A DNA stretch of 64,000 nt from Myxococcota bacterium (GCA_036149055.1 JAYZQJ010000149.1:1-64000), one strand, 5' to 3'. Positions 41,244-51,715 are shown, numbered from the stretch's first letter. Numbers and translations are program-made. The notes: generated by a model from the letters alone, not told the origin.

Positions 41244-41449
41244 GACGGGCGCGCTCTAGCACGCTCGGCCGGCCGGCGCGGGCGAGCGCTTGCGCGAAGC
41301 CGCCAAACCGGTCAGTCCAGCCGCCACGACTGGAGCGCCGCGCGCTCCGGCGTGGGGCTCGAGGGCGCGCGGGCGGGGGTTGTTGGCTTGGCCTCTCGCT
41401 TGCGTGAGCGGGACGAGACCGGCCCAGAACGAGAGCAGGGGGGACGAGG

Positions 41450-42178
41450 ATGCGAGCTCGAGGAGCGTGGTGGGCGCTGGTCGCCATCGGTTGTGGGGCC
41501 GCGCCGGTGGCGCCGACGGAGGTCGCGCAGCGTGAGCCGGCCGTCGAGGCGGCGCCTTCGAGCATGGAGCCGGAGGCCGTCGAGCACCGCACGATGCGCA
41601 TCGAGGGCCTCACCGGCAGCCTCCCGCTGCAGGAGGTCCGGCGCACCCTGGAGCCGCGGAGCCCCGTGTTCGCCGAGTGCTTCATGACCCGCTCGCGGCG
41701 CCTCTCGAGCCTCTCGGGCGGCGTGCGCCTCTTCATCCGGGTCGCGGCGGACGGCAGCGTCGAGCGCGCCTTCCCCGAGGACTCGACCCTGGGCGACCGC
41801 GAGACCGAGCGCTGCCTCACCGACGTCGCGACCGACACCCGCTTCCCGCGCCCCCGCGGCGGGCCGGCGGAGGTGCGCTGGCCCCTGCACATCGACCCCG
41901 CGGGGCGACACCCGGTCACCTGGGACGAGGGCCGGGTCGCGTCGATCGTCGAGCGCCGGGGCGCCGAGGCGGTGGCGCAGTGCCTCCCGGACGGTCAACA
42001 CGGCGACTTCCAGGTCACCGCCTACGTGCGCGGGTCGGGCCGGGTGCTCGCGGCCGGCGTCGCGGTGACCGACGAGAGCCTCGTCGACGCGATCGACTGC
42101 GTGCATCACGCGGTGGGCCGCTGGCGCATGCCCACCACGCGGCGGACGGCGAAGGTCACCTTCACCATCCGCGGCTGA
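41450..42178 (+). CDS. Lipoprotein with AgmX/PglI C-terminal (TonB-C-like) domains
   Basis: Lipobox AIGC; DSTLGDRETERC...FPRPRGG. Confidence 0.8.
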   Translation: MRARGAWWALVAIGCGAAPVAPTEVAQREPAVEAAPSSMEPEAVEHRTMRIEGLTGSLPLQEVRRTLEPRSPVFAECFMTRSRRLSSLSGGVRLFIRVAADGSVERAFPEDSTLGDRETERCLTDVATDTRFPRPRGGPAEVRWPLHIDPAGRHPVTWDEGRVASIVERRGAEAVAQCLPDGQHGDFQVTAYVRGSGRVLAAGVAVTDESLVDAIDCVHHAVGRWRMPTTRRTAKVTFTIRG

Positions 42179-42181
42179 CGG

Positions 42182-43771
42182 TCACGGCGCGATCATCGCG
42201 GACACCCGGTCGAGGTGCCGGACGAGCGCGGCCCGCTCGTCGGAGAGGGCGGCCTGCGCCCGCACGACGCTCTGGATGCCGGCGAGGTGCTCGGGGTCGC
42301 CGTAGGCGTTGCCCTTGAGGATCTCGGCGAGCGCCGCCATCGACGACGCCCAGAGGAAGTCGTCGTCCTCCACGGGGCCGGCGAGCTCCTCGGGCGTGAT
42401 CGCCGCCCAGGTCTCGTAGGCGGGATCCTCCTCGGCGGCGCCGAGGTCCTTCCAGCGCACGCGCACCCGGACGAGCTCGTGCGGCTCGACCACCCGCTCG
42501 CCCTCGATGGGCTCGCCGGCGGTCACCTCGGGCGCGCCGTCCGGCATCGGGACGCTCTGATCGGCGAGCACGACCTCGTAGAGCGCGGTGACCCGCAGCC
42601 CGGCGCCGACCTCGCCCGCGTCGACGATGTCATTGGTGAAGTCGTCGTCGGCGATCGCGCGGTTCTCGTAGCCGAGGAGGCGGTAGGCGAGGACGTGGTC
42701 CGGGTTGAACTCCACCTGGAGCTTCATGTCCTGCGCGACGAAGTGCGCGGTGTGCAGGATGTCCTCCGCGCCGTAGCGCATCGCGTGCTCGCGGCTGGTG
42801 ATGACGCTGTAGACGCCGTTCCCCGCGTTGCTGACCGCCTCCATCATCGCGTCGTTCAGGTTGCCGCGACCGAAGCCGAGCGCGGTGAGCGTCACGCCCG
42901 TCTGGCGCTTCTCCTCGATGAGCGAGACGAGGTCCGTCGTGTCGCTGATGCCGATGTTGAAGTCGCCGTCGGTCATCAGGACGACGTGGTTGAAGCCGCC
43001 CTCGATGAAACCGGCCTCCGCCTGCTCGTAGGCGAGCTGGATCCCCGGGCCGCCCGCCGTGCCGCCGCCGGCCGTGAGCCGATCGACGACGCCCTCGATC
43101 GCCGCGCGGTCGGAGACGCGGGTGGGGGGCAGCCGCACCGAGGTCTCGCCCGCGTAGCTCACGATCGAGACCGTGTCGTTCGCGCGGAGCTGCTCGAGCG
43201 AGCTGAGCATCACCTGGCGCGCGAGGGGCAGCTTGTCGCTCGCGCTCATGCTCCCCGAGACGTCGACGAGGAAGACGAGGTGGGTCGGCAGCTGCACGAA
43301 CTCGGGGGGCGTCGACGCCTGGATGCCGACCCGCAGCTGCATGATGCCGGGGCGGAACGGGTGCTCGCCGCCGGAGAGGTCGATGGCGAAGGGCACCTCG
43401 TCGTCGAAGGCCGGCGCCGGGTAGTCGTAGTCGAACGCGTTGACGTACTCCTCGAGCCGGACGCTGTCTGGGTGCGGCAGGCGTCCGTCGGTCGCGTCGC
43501 GCACGAAGATGTCGTAGCTCGCGGTGTCGACGTCGGCGGCGAAGGTCGAGAACGGGTCGTGGTCGGCGTAGACGAACGGGTTGGTGCCGACGCCCTCGTA
43601 GCGGTCGCCCGGCTCGGGCTCGTCGGGGGCGGCCGGCGGCGCTCCCCAGGGCGCGCCCATCGCGGCGCCCGCGTCGGAGCCGGAGCGGCTGTAGTGGTGG
43701 GGAGCCCCGTGGTCCGCGCAGCCGGCGGCGAGGAGGACGAGGGGGAGAGCTCGGACGAGGGTGAGTCGCAT
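42182..43771 (-). CDS. VWA domain lipoprotein (YfbK-like)
   Basis: Lipobox AAGC; STFAADVDTASY, VRLEEYVN, DVSGSM, TDGDFN, YRLLGYENR. Confidence 0.92.
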   Translation of the reverse strand: MRLTLVRALPLVLLAAGCADHGAPHHYSRSGSDAGAAMGAPWGAPPAAPDEPEPGDRYEGVGTNPFVYADHDPFSTFAADVDTASYDIFVRDATDGRLPHPDSVRLEEYVNAFDYDYPAPAFDDEVPFAIDLSGGEHPFRPGIMQLRVGIQASTPPEFVQLPTHLVFLVDVSGSMSASDKLPLARQVMLSSLEQLRANDTVSIVSYAGETSVRLPPTRVSDRAAIEGVVDRLTAGGGTAGGPGIQLAYEQAEAGFIEGGFNHVVLMTDGDFNIGISDTTDLVSLIEEKRQTGVTLTALGFGRGNLNDAMMEAVSNAGNGVYSVITSREHAMRYGAEDILHTAHFVAQDMKLQVEFNPDHVLAYRLLGYENRAIADDDFTNDIVDAGEVGAGLRVTALYEVVLADQSVPMPDGAPEVTAGEPIEGERVVEPHELVRVRVRWKDLGAAEEDPAYETWAAITPEELAGPVEDDDFLWASSMAALAEILKGNAYGDPEHLAGIQSVVRAQAALSDERAALVRHLDRVSAMIAP

Positions 43772-43784
43772 GCCCCGTCCCCTC

Positions 43785-43799
43785 ACAATGCTCGTGCCA
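43785..43799 (-). promoter_or_regulatory. Possible sigma54-like promoter for the VWA gene
   Basis: TGGCACGAGCATTGT (GG-N10-GT; -12 element imperfect), 13 nt before the ATG. Confidence 0.35.
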
Positions 43800-43959
43800 G
43801 CGGAATCGTCGGAACAATTGCCAGGCCTGCTCCGAGCCACACCGTGCCACGGCACAGCGTGGCATGGGTCGAACCCCGGGCTCTCGGTCCCGCGTTCGAG
43901 GGCTGGCAGGTCCCGGTTCGAGTGCATGTACGAGGCGTGCACGACGAGAGGAGGACCCG

Positions 43960-45474
43960 ATGACATCCGTGCCTGCCCGTGGGACGCCGACCTCGAGCCT
44001 CCCGCCCTCGTTCGGTGTCTACCGCCCCTGCCTCGAGCTGGCCTCGGGCGGGATGGCCACCGTCTACCTCGCGCACGCGGGGGGCGTGGGCTCGGGGACC
44101 TTCGCGGCGCTGAAGGTCATCCACCCGCACCTGCTGAGCGACGCGCGCTTCGCGGAGATGTTCGTCGACGAGGCGGAGATCGCCTCGCGCATCCGTCACC
44201 CGAACGTGTGCCGGGTCTTCGACTTCGAGGTGGGGCCGCAGACCGCCTACATGTCGATGGAGTACCTGGTGGGGGTGTCGATGGCGAAGCTCCAGCGGAA
44301 GCTGGAGTCCGCGAGCGATCGGGACGCGTCCAGGGACGCCCGCATGATCTGTCGCGCGCTCGCCGACGCCTGCGAGGGCCTGCACGCGGCGCACGAGCTG
44401 ACCGACGCCGACGGAGTCCCGCTCGACGTGGTGCATCGGGACGTGTCGCCGGGGAACCTCATGCTCACCTTCGACGGGGTGGCCAAGGTGGTCGACTTCG
44501 GCGTCGCCTCCGCGGCGCGCAAACGGCACCGCACCCAGACCGGCATGCTCAAGGGCAAGTTCGCCTACATCGCGCCGGAGTACCTCCTCGGCCGCAAGGC
44601 CGACCGACGCGCCGACGTGTGGGGCGTCGGGGTCATCGCCTGGGAGCTGCTGACCGGGGCGCGCCTGTTCCGCCGGGACACCGACGCCGACACCCTGCGG
44701 GCGGTGATGGACGAGGAGGCGCTGCCGCCGAGCGCCGCCCGGCCGGAGCTGCCGGAGGAGCTCGACGCGATCCTCGCGCGCGCCCTCGCCCGCGACCCCG
44801 CCGAGCGCTACCCGACGGCCCGCGAGCTGGGGCGCGACCTGGCCCGCTTCGCCAACCGGGAGGAGGTCGTCGTGCACGCCGACCTCGCCGAGTGGCTGCA
44901 GGCGCTCTTCCCCGGCGCCCACGCCCGGCAGCGCTTCGAGCTCGAGCGCGCCGAGCAGGCCGCCGAGGCCTCGGGCGAGCGGCGGCGCCCCTCGAGCCTC
45001 CCGCCGCCCGAGATCGAGCCGACCCGGCTGTACGAGCGGGTGACGCTGGCCTCGCCGCCGCCGCTGCCGACGCCGCCGCTCGACCGTCCGTCCGATCCGG
45101 TGGCCCGACCGTCCCGCGCGAGCACGCCGTGGCTGGTGGCCGGCGCGCTGGTGGTGGGCTGCCTGATGGGCGGGATCACGTCGGTCCTGGCCTCGCGCGC
45201 CGCCGCCGTCACGCCGCCCGAGACCCCGGCCCCCGACATCCCGGCGGAGCCGCCGCCGACGGTCGAGCCGACCGCCCCGCCTCCGCCGACGCCGCGACTC
45301 CAGCTGCAGGCGGGCGTGGGCGTCGCGAGCGGCCCGTACGTCATCGAGGTGGCCGAGGCGGAGGGGGACGCGCTGGTCCTCCGGATCCGCCGGGAGGGGG
45401 TCGAGGCGCCCCTCGAGCGCGCGGACGACGGCGTGCTGCGGGTGCGTCGGCGGGCCCCCGTCACCGCCGAATGA
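43960..45474 (+). CDS. Ser/Thr protein kinase (Hanks type) with TM helix
   Basis: LASGGMATVY, ALK, HRDVSPGN, DFG, YIAPE, DVW; SD GAGG. Confidence 0.95.
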   Translation: MTSVPARGTPTSSLPPSFGVYRPCLELASGGMATVYLAHAGGVGSGTFAALKVIHPHLLSDARFAEMFVDEAEIASRIRHPNVCRVFDFEVGPQTAYMSMEYLVGVSMAKLQRKLESASDRDASRDARMICRALADACEGLHAAHELTDADGVPLDVVHRDVSPGNLMLTFDGVAKVVDFGVASAARKRHRTQTGMLKGKFAYIAPEYLLGRKADRRADVWGVGVIAWELLTGARLFRRDTDADTLRAVMDEEALPPSAARPELPEELDAILARALARDPAERYPTARELGRDLARFANREEVVVHADLAEWLQALFPGAHARQRFELERAEQAAEASGERRRPSSLPPPEIEPTRLYERVTLASPPPLPTPPLDRPSDPVARPSRASTPWLVAGALVVGCLMGGITSVLASRAAAVTPPETPAPDIPAEPPPTVEPTAPPPPTPRLQLQAGVGVASGPYVIEVAEAEGDALVLRIRREGVEAPLERADDGVLRVRRRAPVTAE

Positions 45475-45577
45475 GACAAACACCTACGGACAAGACAGAA
45501 ATTAGCCGACACGGTCATTCTCCGCTCGTGTAGGATTCGAGACTGCGAATTCTCACTACTCGATTGGGGGCCCCTCC

Positions 45578-48412
45578 GTGCCGCGATCTCGACCGTCTCT
45601 CTCCGTCTGGAGCTCACTGCTCGCCCTCGGGGTCCTCCTCGGGCCGGTGGCCAGCGCCCACGCCGCCGACCTCCTCTTCGTGAGCGATCGGGCCACCGAC
45701 ACGAACATCGCGGCGGCCCTGATGGCCGACGGCCACGACGTCACCGTGGTGACCGGGGACTTCGCCTCCGGCGCGAACCCCACGCTGACGGGGAGCCTCG
45801 GCGCCTACGACGCCGTCTTCTGGAGCGCGACCGGCGGGGGCTTCGGCTCGACCCACGACGCGGCCACCTTCACCGCCCTCGACGCCTACGTCGCCAGCGG
45901 CGGCTACGTCTTCGTGACCGGCTACGACTCGATCGCCTCGCCCACCGACCCCAACCTCATCGCCTTCCTCGGCGGGAGCGGGTCGCGCGACGTGCCGTCG
46001 GCGCCGGGCCCGATCGTCATGGCGGCCAACGCGCTCACGACGGGCATCGTCGACATCCAAGGCGTCACCCCCACCGGCGCGTCCGGCGACCGCGACGCGC
46101 TCACCGGCCTCGGCGCCGACACGGTGAACGTCTGCGCCTCGTCCTCGGTCGCCGGAGAGGCGCAGTGGAGCCTCCGCACGCCCGCCGGCGGCGGCGGGCT
46201 CATCGCCTACGTGTCGAACGGAAATGCCGGCAGCAGCTCCACGCACCCGTCCTGGACCAACACCGCCTCGGGCGGCGCGGGCGCCTACAACGCGGCGCTG
46301 CGCAACTTCGCGTTCTGGGCCTCGAGGGGCAACTTCCTCTTCGTGAGCGACGCCAGCTCGGACACCAACGTGCCCGCGGCCCTGACCGCCGACGGCCACA
46401 CGGTCACCACCGTCACCGGCGACTTCTCGGGCGGCGCGAACCCGACGCTGACCGGCGACCTGAGCGCCTACGACGCCGTCTTCTGGAGCGCGACCGGCAA
46501 CGGCTTCGGCGCCAACCACGACGCGGCCACCTTCACCGCGCTCGACGCCTACGTGAGCGCCGGCGGCCGGGTGTTCGTGACCGGCTACGACTCGATCGCG
46601 TCGCCGACCGACGCCAACCTCATCGCCTTCCTCGGCGGCTCCGGCTCCCGCGACGTGCCGGGCGCCCCCGGCGCCGTCATCATGGCGGCGAACGAGCTCA
46701 ACACCGGCGTGGTGGACATCCGCGGCGTCACCCCCACCGGCGCGGCCGGCGACCGCGACGCGCTGACCGGCCTCGGCGCCGACACCACCAACGTCTGCGC
46801 GAGCGGCACGGTGGCCGGCGAGGCGCAGTGGAGCCTCCGCACCCTCGGCATGGGGCTGGCCGCCTACGTCTCGAACGGCAACCCAGGCACCTCGGCGCAT
46901 CCGTCGTGGACCAACACGGCGGCGGGCGGCGACGGCGCCTACAACGCGGCGCTGCGCAACTTCGCGAAGTGGGCCGCGGTGGCCGGCTTCGGCAGCAGCG
47001 GGCTGCCCGACGGCGACATGTGCATGGCCGACACCGACTGCGGCAGCGGCTTCTGCGTGGACGGCGTCTGCTGTGACAGCGCGTGCGGCGCGGGCGCGAC
47101 CGACGACTGCCAGGCCTGCGCGATCGCGGCCGGCGCGGCGGCGGACGGCGTCTGCGGCGCGGTCTCGGCCGGCACCGAGTGTCGGGCCTCGGCGGGCGTG
47201 TGCGACGCGGCCGAGACCTGCGACGGCGCCGCCCTCACCTGCCCCGCCGACGCGTTCGCCGCGGCCGGCACGTCCTGCCGCGCGGCCGCCGGCGCCTGCG
47301 ACGCGGAGGAGACCTGCGACGGCGCCTCCGCCGCCTGCCCCGCCGACGGCTTCATCGCCGCCGGCACCGAGTGTCGCGCCGCCGCCGGGCTCTGCGACGC
47401 CGCCGAGACCTGCGACGGCGCGACCGCCGCCTGCCCCGCCGACGGCTTCGTCGCCGCCGGGACCGAGTGTCGCGCGGCCGCCGATCTCTGTGACGCCGCC
47501 GAGGCCTGCGACGGAAGCTCCGCCGCCTGCCCGGCGGATGGCCTGGTGGCCGCGGGCACCGTCTGCCGCATGCCCACCGATCTCTGCGACGCCGCCGAGG
47601 CCTGCGACGGGAGCTCCGCCGCCTGCCCGATGGACACGGTGGTGGCCGCGGGCACGACCTGCCGCCCGGCCGCCGACGTGTGCGACGCCGAGGAGGCCTG
47701 CGACGGCGCCTCGGTCGCGTGCCCGGCCGACGGCGCGCTCGCCGCGGGCACGGTCTGCCGCATGGCGGCCGACGTCTGCGACGCCGACGAGGCCTGCGAC
47801 GGAACCTCCATCGCGTGCCCGGCCGACGCCTTCGCGGCGGCGGGGACCGAGTGCCGCGCCTCCACCGGCTCCTGCGACCCCGCGGAGAGCTGCGACGGGG
47901 CCTCGGCGGGCTGCCCGATGGACGCGCTCGCCGCGGACGGCGAGGCCTGCGACGACGGCATGAGCTGCGTCGAGGGCGAGGTCTGCGCGGCCGGCGCCTG
48001 CACCGGCGGCGAGGCCACCGACTGCGACGACGGTGACGTGTGCACCGCCGACATGTGCGCCGAGCCCGACGGCTGCTCGAACGAGCCGATCGCGGGCTGC
48101 TGCGTGGCCGACGTCGACTGCGACGACGGCGACGAGTGCACCACCGACAGCTGCGGCGGGGACAACACCTGCGCCAACGACCCGATCCCGGGCTGCGGCG
48201 CGACCGACGCGGGCACCGACGACGACGGCGGCACGACCGACGGCGACGGCGGGGTCGGCGGCGGCGACGGCGGGACCACGCCGCCCACCACCGGCGACGG
48301 CTGCAGCTGCGCGGTGCCGGGCTCCCGCTCGGCGAGCGTCGGCGAGACGCCGGCCCTCCTCGGCCTGCTGCTCCTCGGCTTCGTCCTGCTCGGTCGGCGC
48401 CGCCGGCGCTGA
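45578..48412 (+). CDS. MYXO-CTERM surface protein: duplicated ~215-aa domain, 8 disintegrin-like repeats, further Cys-rich repeats
   Basis: Signal peptide ending AHA; near-identical tandem domains; 32-aa CRxxxxxCDxxExCDGxSxxCPxD repeats; GCSC+TM+RRRRR. Confidence 0.9.
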   Translation: MPRSRPSLSVWSSLLALGVLLGPVASAHAADLLFVSDRATDTNIAAALMADGHDVTVVTGDFASGANPTLTGSLGAYDAVFWSATGGGFGSTHDAATFTALDAYVASGGYVFVTGYDSIASPTDPNLIAFLGGSGSRDVPSAPGPIVMAANALTTGIVDIQGVTPTGASGDRDALTGLGADTVNVCASSSVAGEAQWSLRTPAGGGGLIAYVSNGNAGSSSTHPSWTNTASGGAGAYNAALRNFAFWASRGNFLFVSDASSDTNVPAALTADGHTVTTVTGDFSGGANPTLTGDLSAYDAVFWSATGNGFGANHDAATFTALDAYVSAGGRVFVTGYDSIASPTDANLIAFLGGSGSRDVPGAPGAVIMAANELNTGVVDIRGVTPTGAAGDRDALTGLGADTTNVCASGTVAGEAQWSLRTLGMGLAAYVSNGNPGTSAHPSWTNTAAGGDGAYNAALRNFAKWAAVAGFGSSGLPDGDMCMADTDCGSGFCVDGVCCDSACGAGATDDCQACAIAAGAAADGVCGAVSAGTECRASAGVCDAAETCDGAALTCPADAFAAAGTSCRAAAGACDAEETCDGASAACPADGFIAAGTECRAAAGLCDAAETCDGATAACPADGFVAAGTECRAAADLCDAAEACDGSSAACPADGLVAAGTVCRMPTDLCDAAEACDGSSAACPMDTVVAAGTTCRPAADVCDAEEACDGASVACPADGALAAGTVCRMAADVCDADEACDGTSIACPADAFAAAGTECRASTGSCDPAESCDGASAGCPMDALAADGEACDDGMSCVEGEVCAAGACTGGEATDCDDGDVCTADMCAEPDGCSNEPIAGCCVADVDCDDGDECTTDSCGGDNTCANDPIPGCGATDAGTDDDGGTTDGDGGVGGGDGGTTPPTTGDGCSCAVPGSRSASVGETPALLGLLLLGFVLLGRRRRR
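45673..46966 (+). repeat. Intragenic tandem duplication of about 640 bp
   Basis: Copies about 45673-46312 and 46336-46966 with long identical stretches. Confidence 0.88.
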
Positions 48413-48433
48413 CCCGAGATCCGCTCCCGGATG

Positions 48434-48470
48434 GAGGCCCGCGGCGCTCGCGTCGCGGGCCTCTCCCTTT
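48434..48470 (+). terminator. Probable intrinsic terminator
   Basis: GAGGCCCGCGGCGC-TC-GCGTCGCGGGCCTC followed by TCCCTTT. Confidence 0.6.
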
Positions 48471-48591
48471 CCGTCGGGAATTTGACCGTCAGAAACCCAC
48501 GGGCTACCGGAAGGGGTCGGCACCCCCCGGACGTTCAGCCGGGACGGGTGTGCAGGATCCCCGGGGGACCGGGTTTCGGACGGAGCGCGAG

Positions 48592-51500
48592 ATGGGCGAG
48601 AACGACGCGACGTTGCAGGACTACGGCCCCCCGGCCTCGATGCAGGAGGAGGTCGTGGCCGACCCCACCCTCGACGAGACCCACCCGCCGAAGAAGGCGT
48701 GGACGCCGAAGCGGGCGCTCCTCCTGGCGGCCAAGATCGGGATCAGCGTCTACGGCCTCTACGCGGTCTGGACCAAGGTGCTCGCCCGCGACGGCGCGGA
48801 GCACGTGGCCCAGGCGATCGGCGGCCTCCACTGGGGCTGGTTCGCGGGCGCGATCGCGATGCAGCTCGCCGCGATCGGCTTCGCGATCCTGCGCTGGCGC
48901 ACCGTGCTCGGCGGCCAGGGCATCGACGCGACGTGGCGGTTCATGTTCCCGAGCTTCATGATCGGCCGCTTCTGGGGCGCCTTCACCCTCGGCGGCCTCG
49001 GGCTCGACGGCTGGAAGCTCTTCGACGTCGGCTACCACACCAAGAAGTGGGCGCGGCCCATCGTGGTCGCCGGCACCGAGAAGGTCCTCGGGCAGCTCGC
49101 CTTCGGCCTGGTGGTCATGGGCGCGAGCGTCTGGGGCCTCGAGTTCATCGGGCAGGACGGGGTCCTGCTGATCAACCTCTTCTTCCTTCTCCTCGTCGGC
49201 ACCGGGCTGACCTTCCTGGCGAAGCCGACGCTCTTCCAGGTCGCCTTCCGGCTCCTGCCGCGCCAGGTCACGCCGAAGCTGCAGACCCTGATCGACGCGG
49301 TCTGCGCCTACCACGGCAAGTGGGCGCTGCTCGCCAAGGCCACCGGCTACGGCGTCGCCGTCCACGCGTTCAACAACCTCATCTACGTGTGCGCGGCGCG
49401 CGCGCTCGGGGTCGAGCTCAGCGCGGGCATGATCTTCTTCGGCAGCTCGCTGCAGATCATGGTCACGCTCGCGCCGATCTCCATCAACGGCGTGGGCCTC
49501 CGCGAGGCGGCCGCGGTCGCGCTCTACACCGCGGTCGGCCTGAGCGAGACCCAGGCGGTGCTCATCCCCACCGTCGGCTTCGCGGCCGAGATGATGGTGA
49601 GCATGACCGGCATCCTCTTCCTCTTCGCCCGCCGCTTCGGCAAGGTCGAGGGGCTGACCGTCCACGACGCCGACCGCGAGGACAAGTACTACGCGTCGCT
49701 CGAGGAGGTGCCGCGGGAGAAGTGGCCGAAGCCCCTCCGCGGCCTGACCCTCGGGCTCGGCGCCGGCCTGCTCGCCGGCATGATCGTCGGGCTCGCCGAG
49801 GGCGCGGTGATCATGGCCGACGGCGGCGGTCGCGTGGGCTGGGGCGTGATGGCGTACGGCGCCGCGGCCTACGGGCTCTTCTGCATGCTGGGCGGCGCCG
49901 CCTTCGGCCTGGCCAGCGCCTGGCTCGGCCGCGCGATGCAGCGCGAGGCGGTGCCGGAGCCGCAGGCCTACGCGCGCCTCACCGCGCTGATCGTCGCCGT
50001 GTTCGGCTTCGCGCTCGGCGCGTTCCGGATCCGCCGCGACGTCTTCCACGAGGAGTTCGGCTTCAAGAGCAAGGAGATGCTGCTCGTGCTCGGCGGCTGC
50101 TTCGTCGCCGGCGTGCTGATCTACTTCCTGCTCTCCACCGCGATCCGGCTCTGGACCAGCCGCAAGGTCGGCGGCTTCATGCTGAAGGCCTGGGGCTCGC
50201 CCGCCTTCGTGGCCCTGGTGGTCGCGGGCGTCGGCGGCTCCGCCGTCCTGCTCGGCCCGCACGCCGAGGCGGAGAGCGCGGTCAGCCGGCCGGCCTCGCC
50301 CGAGGGCGCGCCGAACGTGCTGCTCATCGTGGTCGACACCCTGCGCGCCGATCACCTCCCGGGCTACGGCTACGAGCGCGGCTCCACGCCGCACCTCGAC
50401 CGCTTCGCCCAGGACGCGGTGCGCTTCGATCAGGCGTTCGCGAACGCGAGCTGGACCCGGCCGAGCTTCGCCTCGATCCTGAGCGGCCGCTACGCCTCGA
50501 GCCACGGGGTGATGGGCAAGCCGGACGCGCTGCCGAGCGAGGTCGTGACCCTGCCGGAGGCGCTGCGCGAGGGCGGCTACGCGACCGCCGGCTACGTGAC
50601 CAACTTCAACGTCGGTCCCTACTTCAACTTCCAGCAGGGCTTCGAGCAGTACACCTTCCTGGAGCCGGAGTTCGTGCTCGGCGCGGACGACGCGGCGGCC
50701 AAGCTGCTGCTCGTCCAGTTCCTGCGTCAGCGCATCGAGAGCTACCGCGCGGCCCGCGGGCAGGTCGAGCCCGGCACCGCCTACCAGGACGCCGAGACGG
50801 TCAACCGTCACCTGGTCTCGTGGCTCGAGCACGAGGCGCCCGCCGACGACCCGTGGTTCCTCTTCGCCGGCTACATGGACCCGCACGACCCGTACTTCCC
50901 GCACCCCTACGACGGGACCGGCTACGCGCGCGCCGCGCACCAGCACCCCGACGTGGAGGAGGCGGACGTGCTGCGCGCCCTCTACGACGGCGAGATCACC
51001 TACTGGGACGAGCACTTCGGCGCGCTGATGGACGATCTCCGCCGCCGCGGGCTCTACGACGACACGATGATCATCATCACGTCGGACCACGGCGAGGAGT
51101 TCGCCGAGCACGGCGGCTTCTGGCACGGCACCACGCTCTACGACGAGCAGGTCCACGTGCCGCTCTTCGTGAAGCTCCCCGGGAACGCCCGCGCCGGCAC
51201 CCACGTCGGCCACTGGGTGCAGAGCATCGACCTGATGCCCACCATCCTCCGCCACATCGGGCTCGACGTCCCCGAGGGCGTGCAGGGCGGCTCGCTCGAC
51301 GAGGGCACCGACCGCGTCTACGCGGAGGAGAGCCACGAGGGCAACGTGCTCGAGAGCGTGCGCGAGCGCCGCGACTTCGAGGAGCTGAAGCTCATCACCG
51401 CCAACCCCGGCAACCCCCGCGGCCTCGAGCCGGTGGAGCTCTACCGCGTCGCCGACGACCCGGGCGAGCAAGAGAACCTCGCCGAGCGGCAGCGCGAGCA

Positions 51501-51678
51501 GGTGACCTCGCTCGTGACCTCGCTCGAGGAGGCCCGCGCGCGCGCCGCCGAGGGCGCGGTCGAGGGCGCCGAGGTCCACCTCGACAGCGAGTCTCGCCGC
51601 AACCTCTGCCAGATCGGCTACATCGAGGCCTCCGAGTGCTGCGAGCAAGGCCTGCTCAGCGGCGCCGCCTGCGAGTGA
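48592..51678 (+). CDS. Fusion of UPF0104/LPG-synthase flippase-like domain, further TMs and a sulfatase/alkaline-phosphatase superfamily domain
   Basis: GRFWGAFT..GLDGWK and PISINGVGLRE; PNVLLIVVDTLRADH, SWTRPSFAS, YMDPHDPY, TSDHGEE, HG. Confidence 0.9.
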   Translation: MGENDATLQDYGPPASMQEEVVADPTLDETHPPKKAWTPKRALLLAAKIGISVYGLYAVWTKVLARDGAEHVAQAIGGLHWGWFAGAIAMQLAAIGFAILRWRTVLGGQGIDATWRFMFPSFMIGRFWGAFTLGGLGLDGWKLFDVGYHTKKWARPIVVAGTEKVLGQLAFGLVVMGASVWGLEFIGQDGVLLINLFFLLLVGTGLTFLAKPTLFQVAFRLLPRQVTPKLQTLIDAVCAYHGKWALLAKATGYGVAVHAFNNLIYVCAARALGVELSAGMIFFGSSLQIMVTLAPISINGVGLREAAAVALYTAVGLSETQAVLIPTVGFAAEMMVSMTGILFLFARRFGKVEGLTVHDADREDKYYASLEEVPREKWPKPLRGLTLGLGAGLLAGMIVGLAEGAVIMADGGGRVGWGVMAYGAAAYGLFCMLGGAAFGLASAWLGRAMQREAVPEPQAYARLTALIVAVFGFALGAFRIRRDVFHEEFGFKSKEMLLVLGGCFVAGVLIYFLLSTAIRLWTSRKVGGFMLKAWGSPAFVALVVAGVGGSAVLLGPHAEAESAVSRPASPEGAPNVLLIVVDTLRADHLPGYGYERGSTPHLDRFAQDAVRFDQAFANASWTRPSFASILSGRYASSHGVMGKPDALPSEVVTLPEALREGGYATAGYVTNFNVGPYFNFQQGFEQYTFLEPEFVLGADDAAAKLLLVQFLRQRIESYRAARGQVEPGTAYQDAETVNRHLVSWLEHEAPADDPWFLFAGYMDPHDPYFPHPYDGTGYARAAHQHPDVEEADVLRALYDGEITYWDEHFGALMDDLRRRGLYDDTMIIITSDHGEEFAEHGGFWHGTTLYDEQVHVPLFVKLPGNARAGTHVGHWVQSIDLMPTILRHIGLDVPEGVQGGSLDEGTDRVYAEESHEGNVLESVRERRDFEELKLITANPGNPRGLEPVELYRVADDPGEQENLAERQREQVTSLVTSLEEARARAAEGAVEGAEVHLDSESRRNLCQIGYIEASECCEQGLLSGAACE

Positions 51679-51715
51679 CGAGGCCGCTCGGGGATGGGGA
51701 AGATCGTCCCCGACC

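Noticed and set aside
43834..43850. Second TGGCAC upstream of the VWA gene as a sigma54 promoter
   Set aside because: GG-to-GC spacing is 9 rather than the required 10
48481..48591. Structured leader before the flippase-sulfatase gene as a riboswitch
   Set aside because: GC hairpins are present but no conserved riboswitch motif was recognised; an Rfam search would be needed
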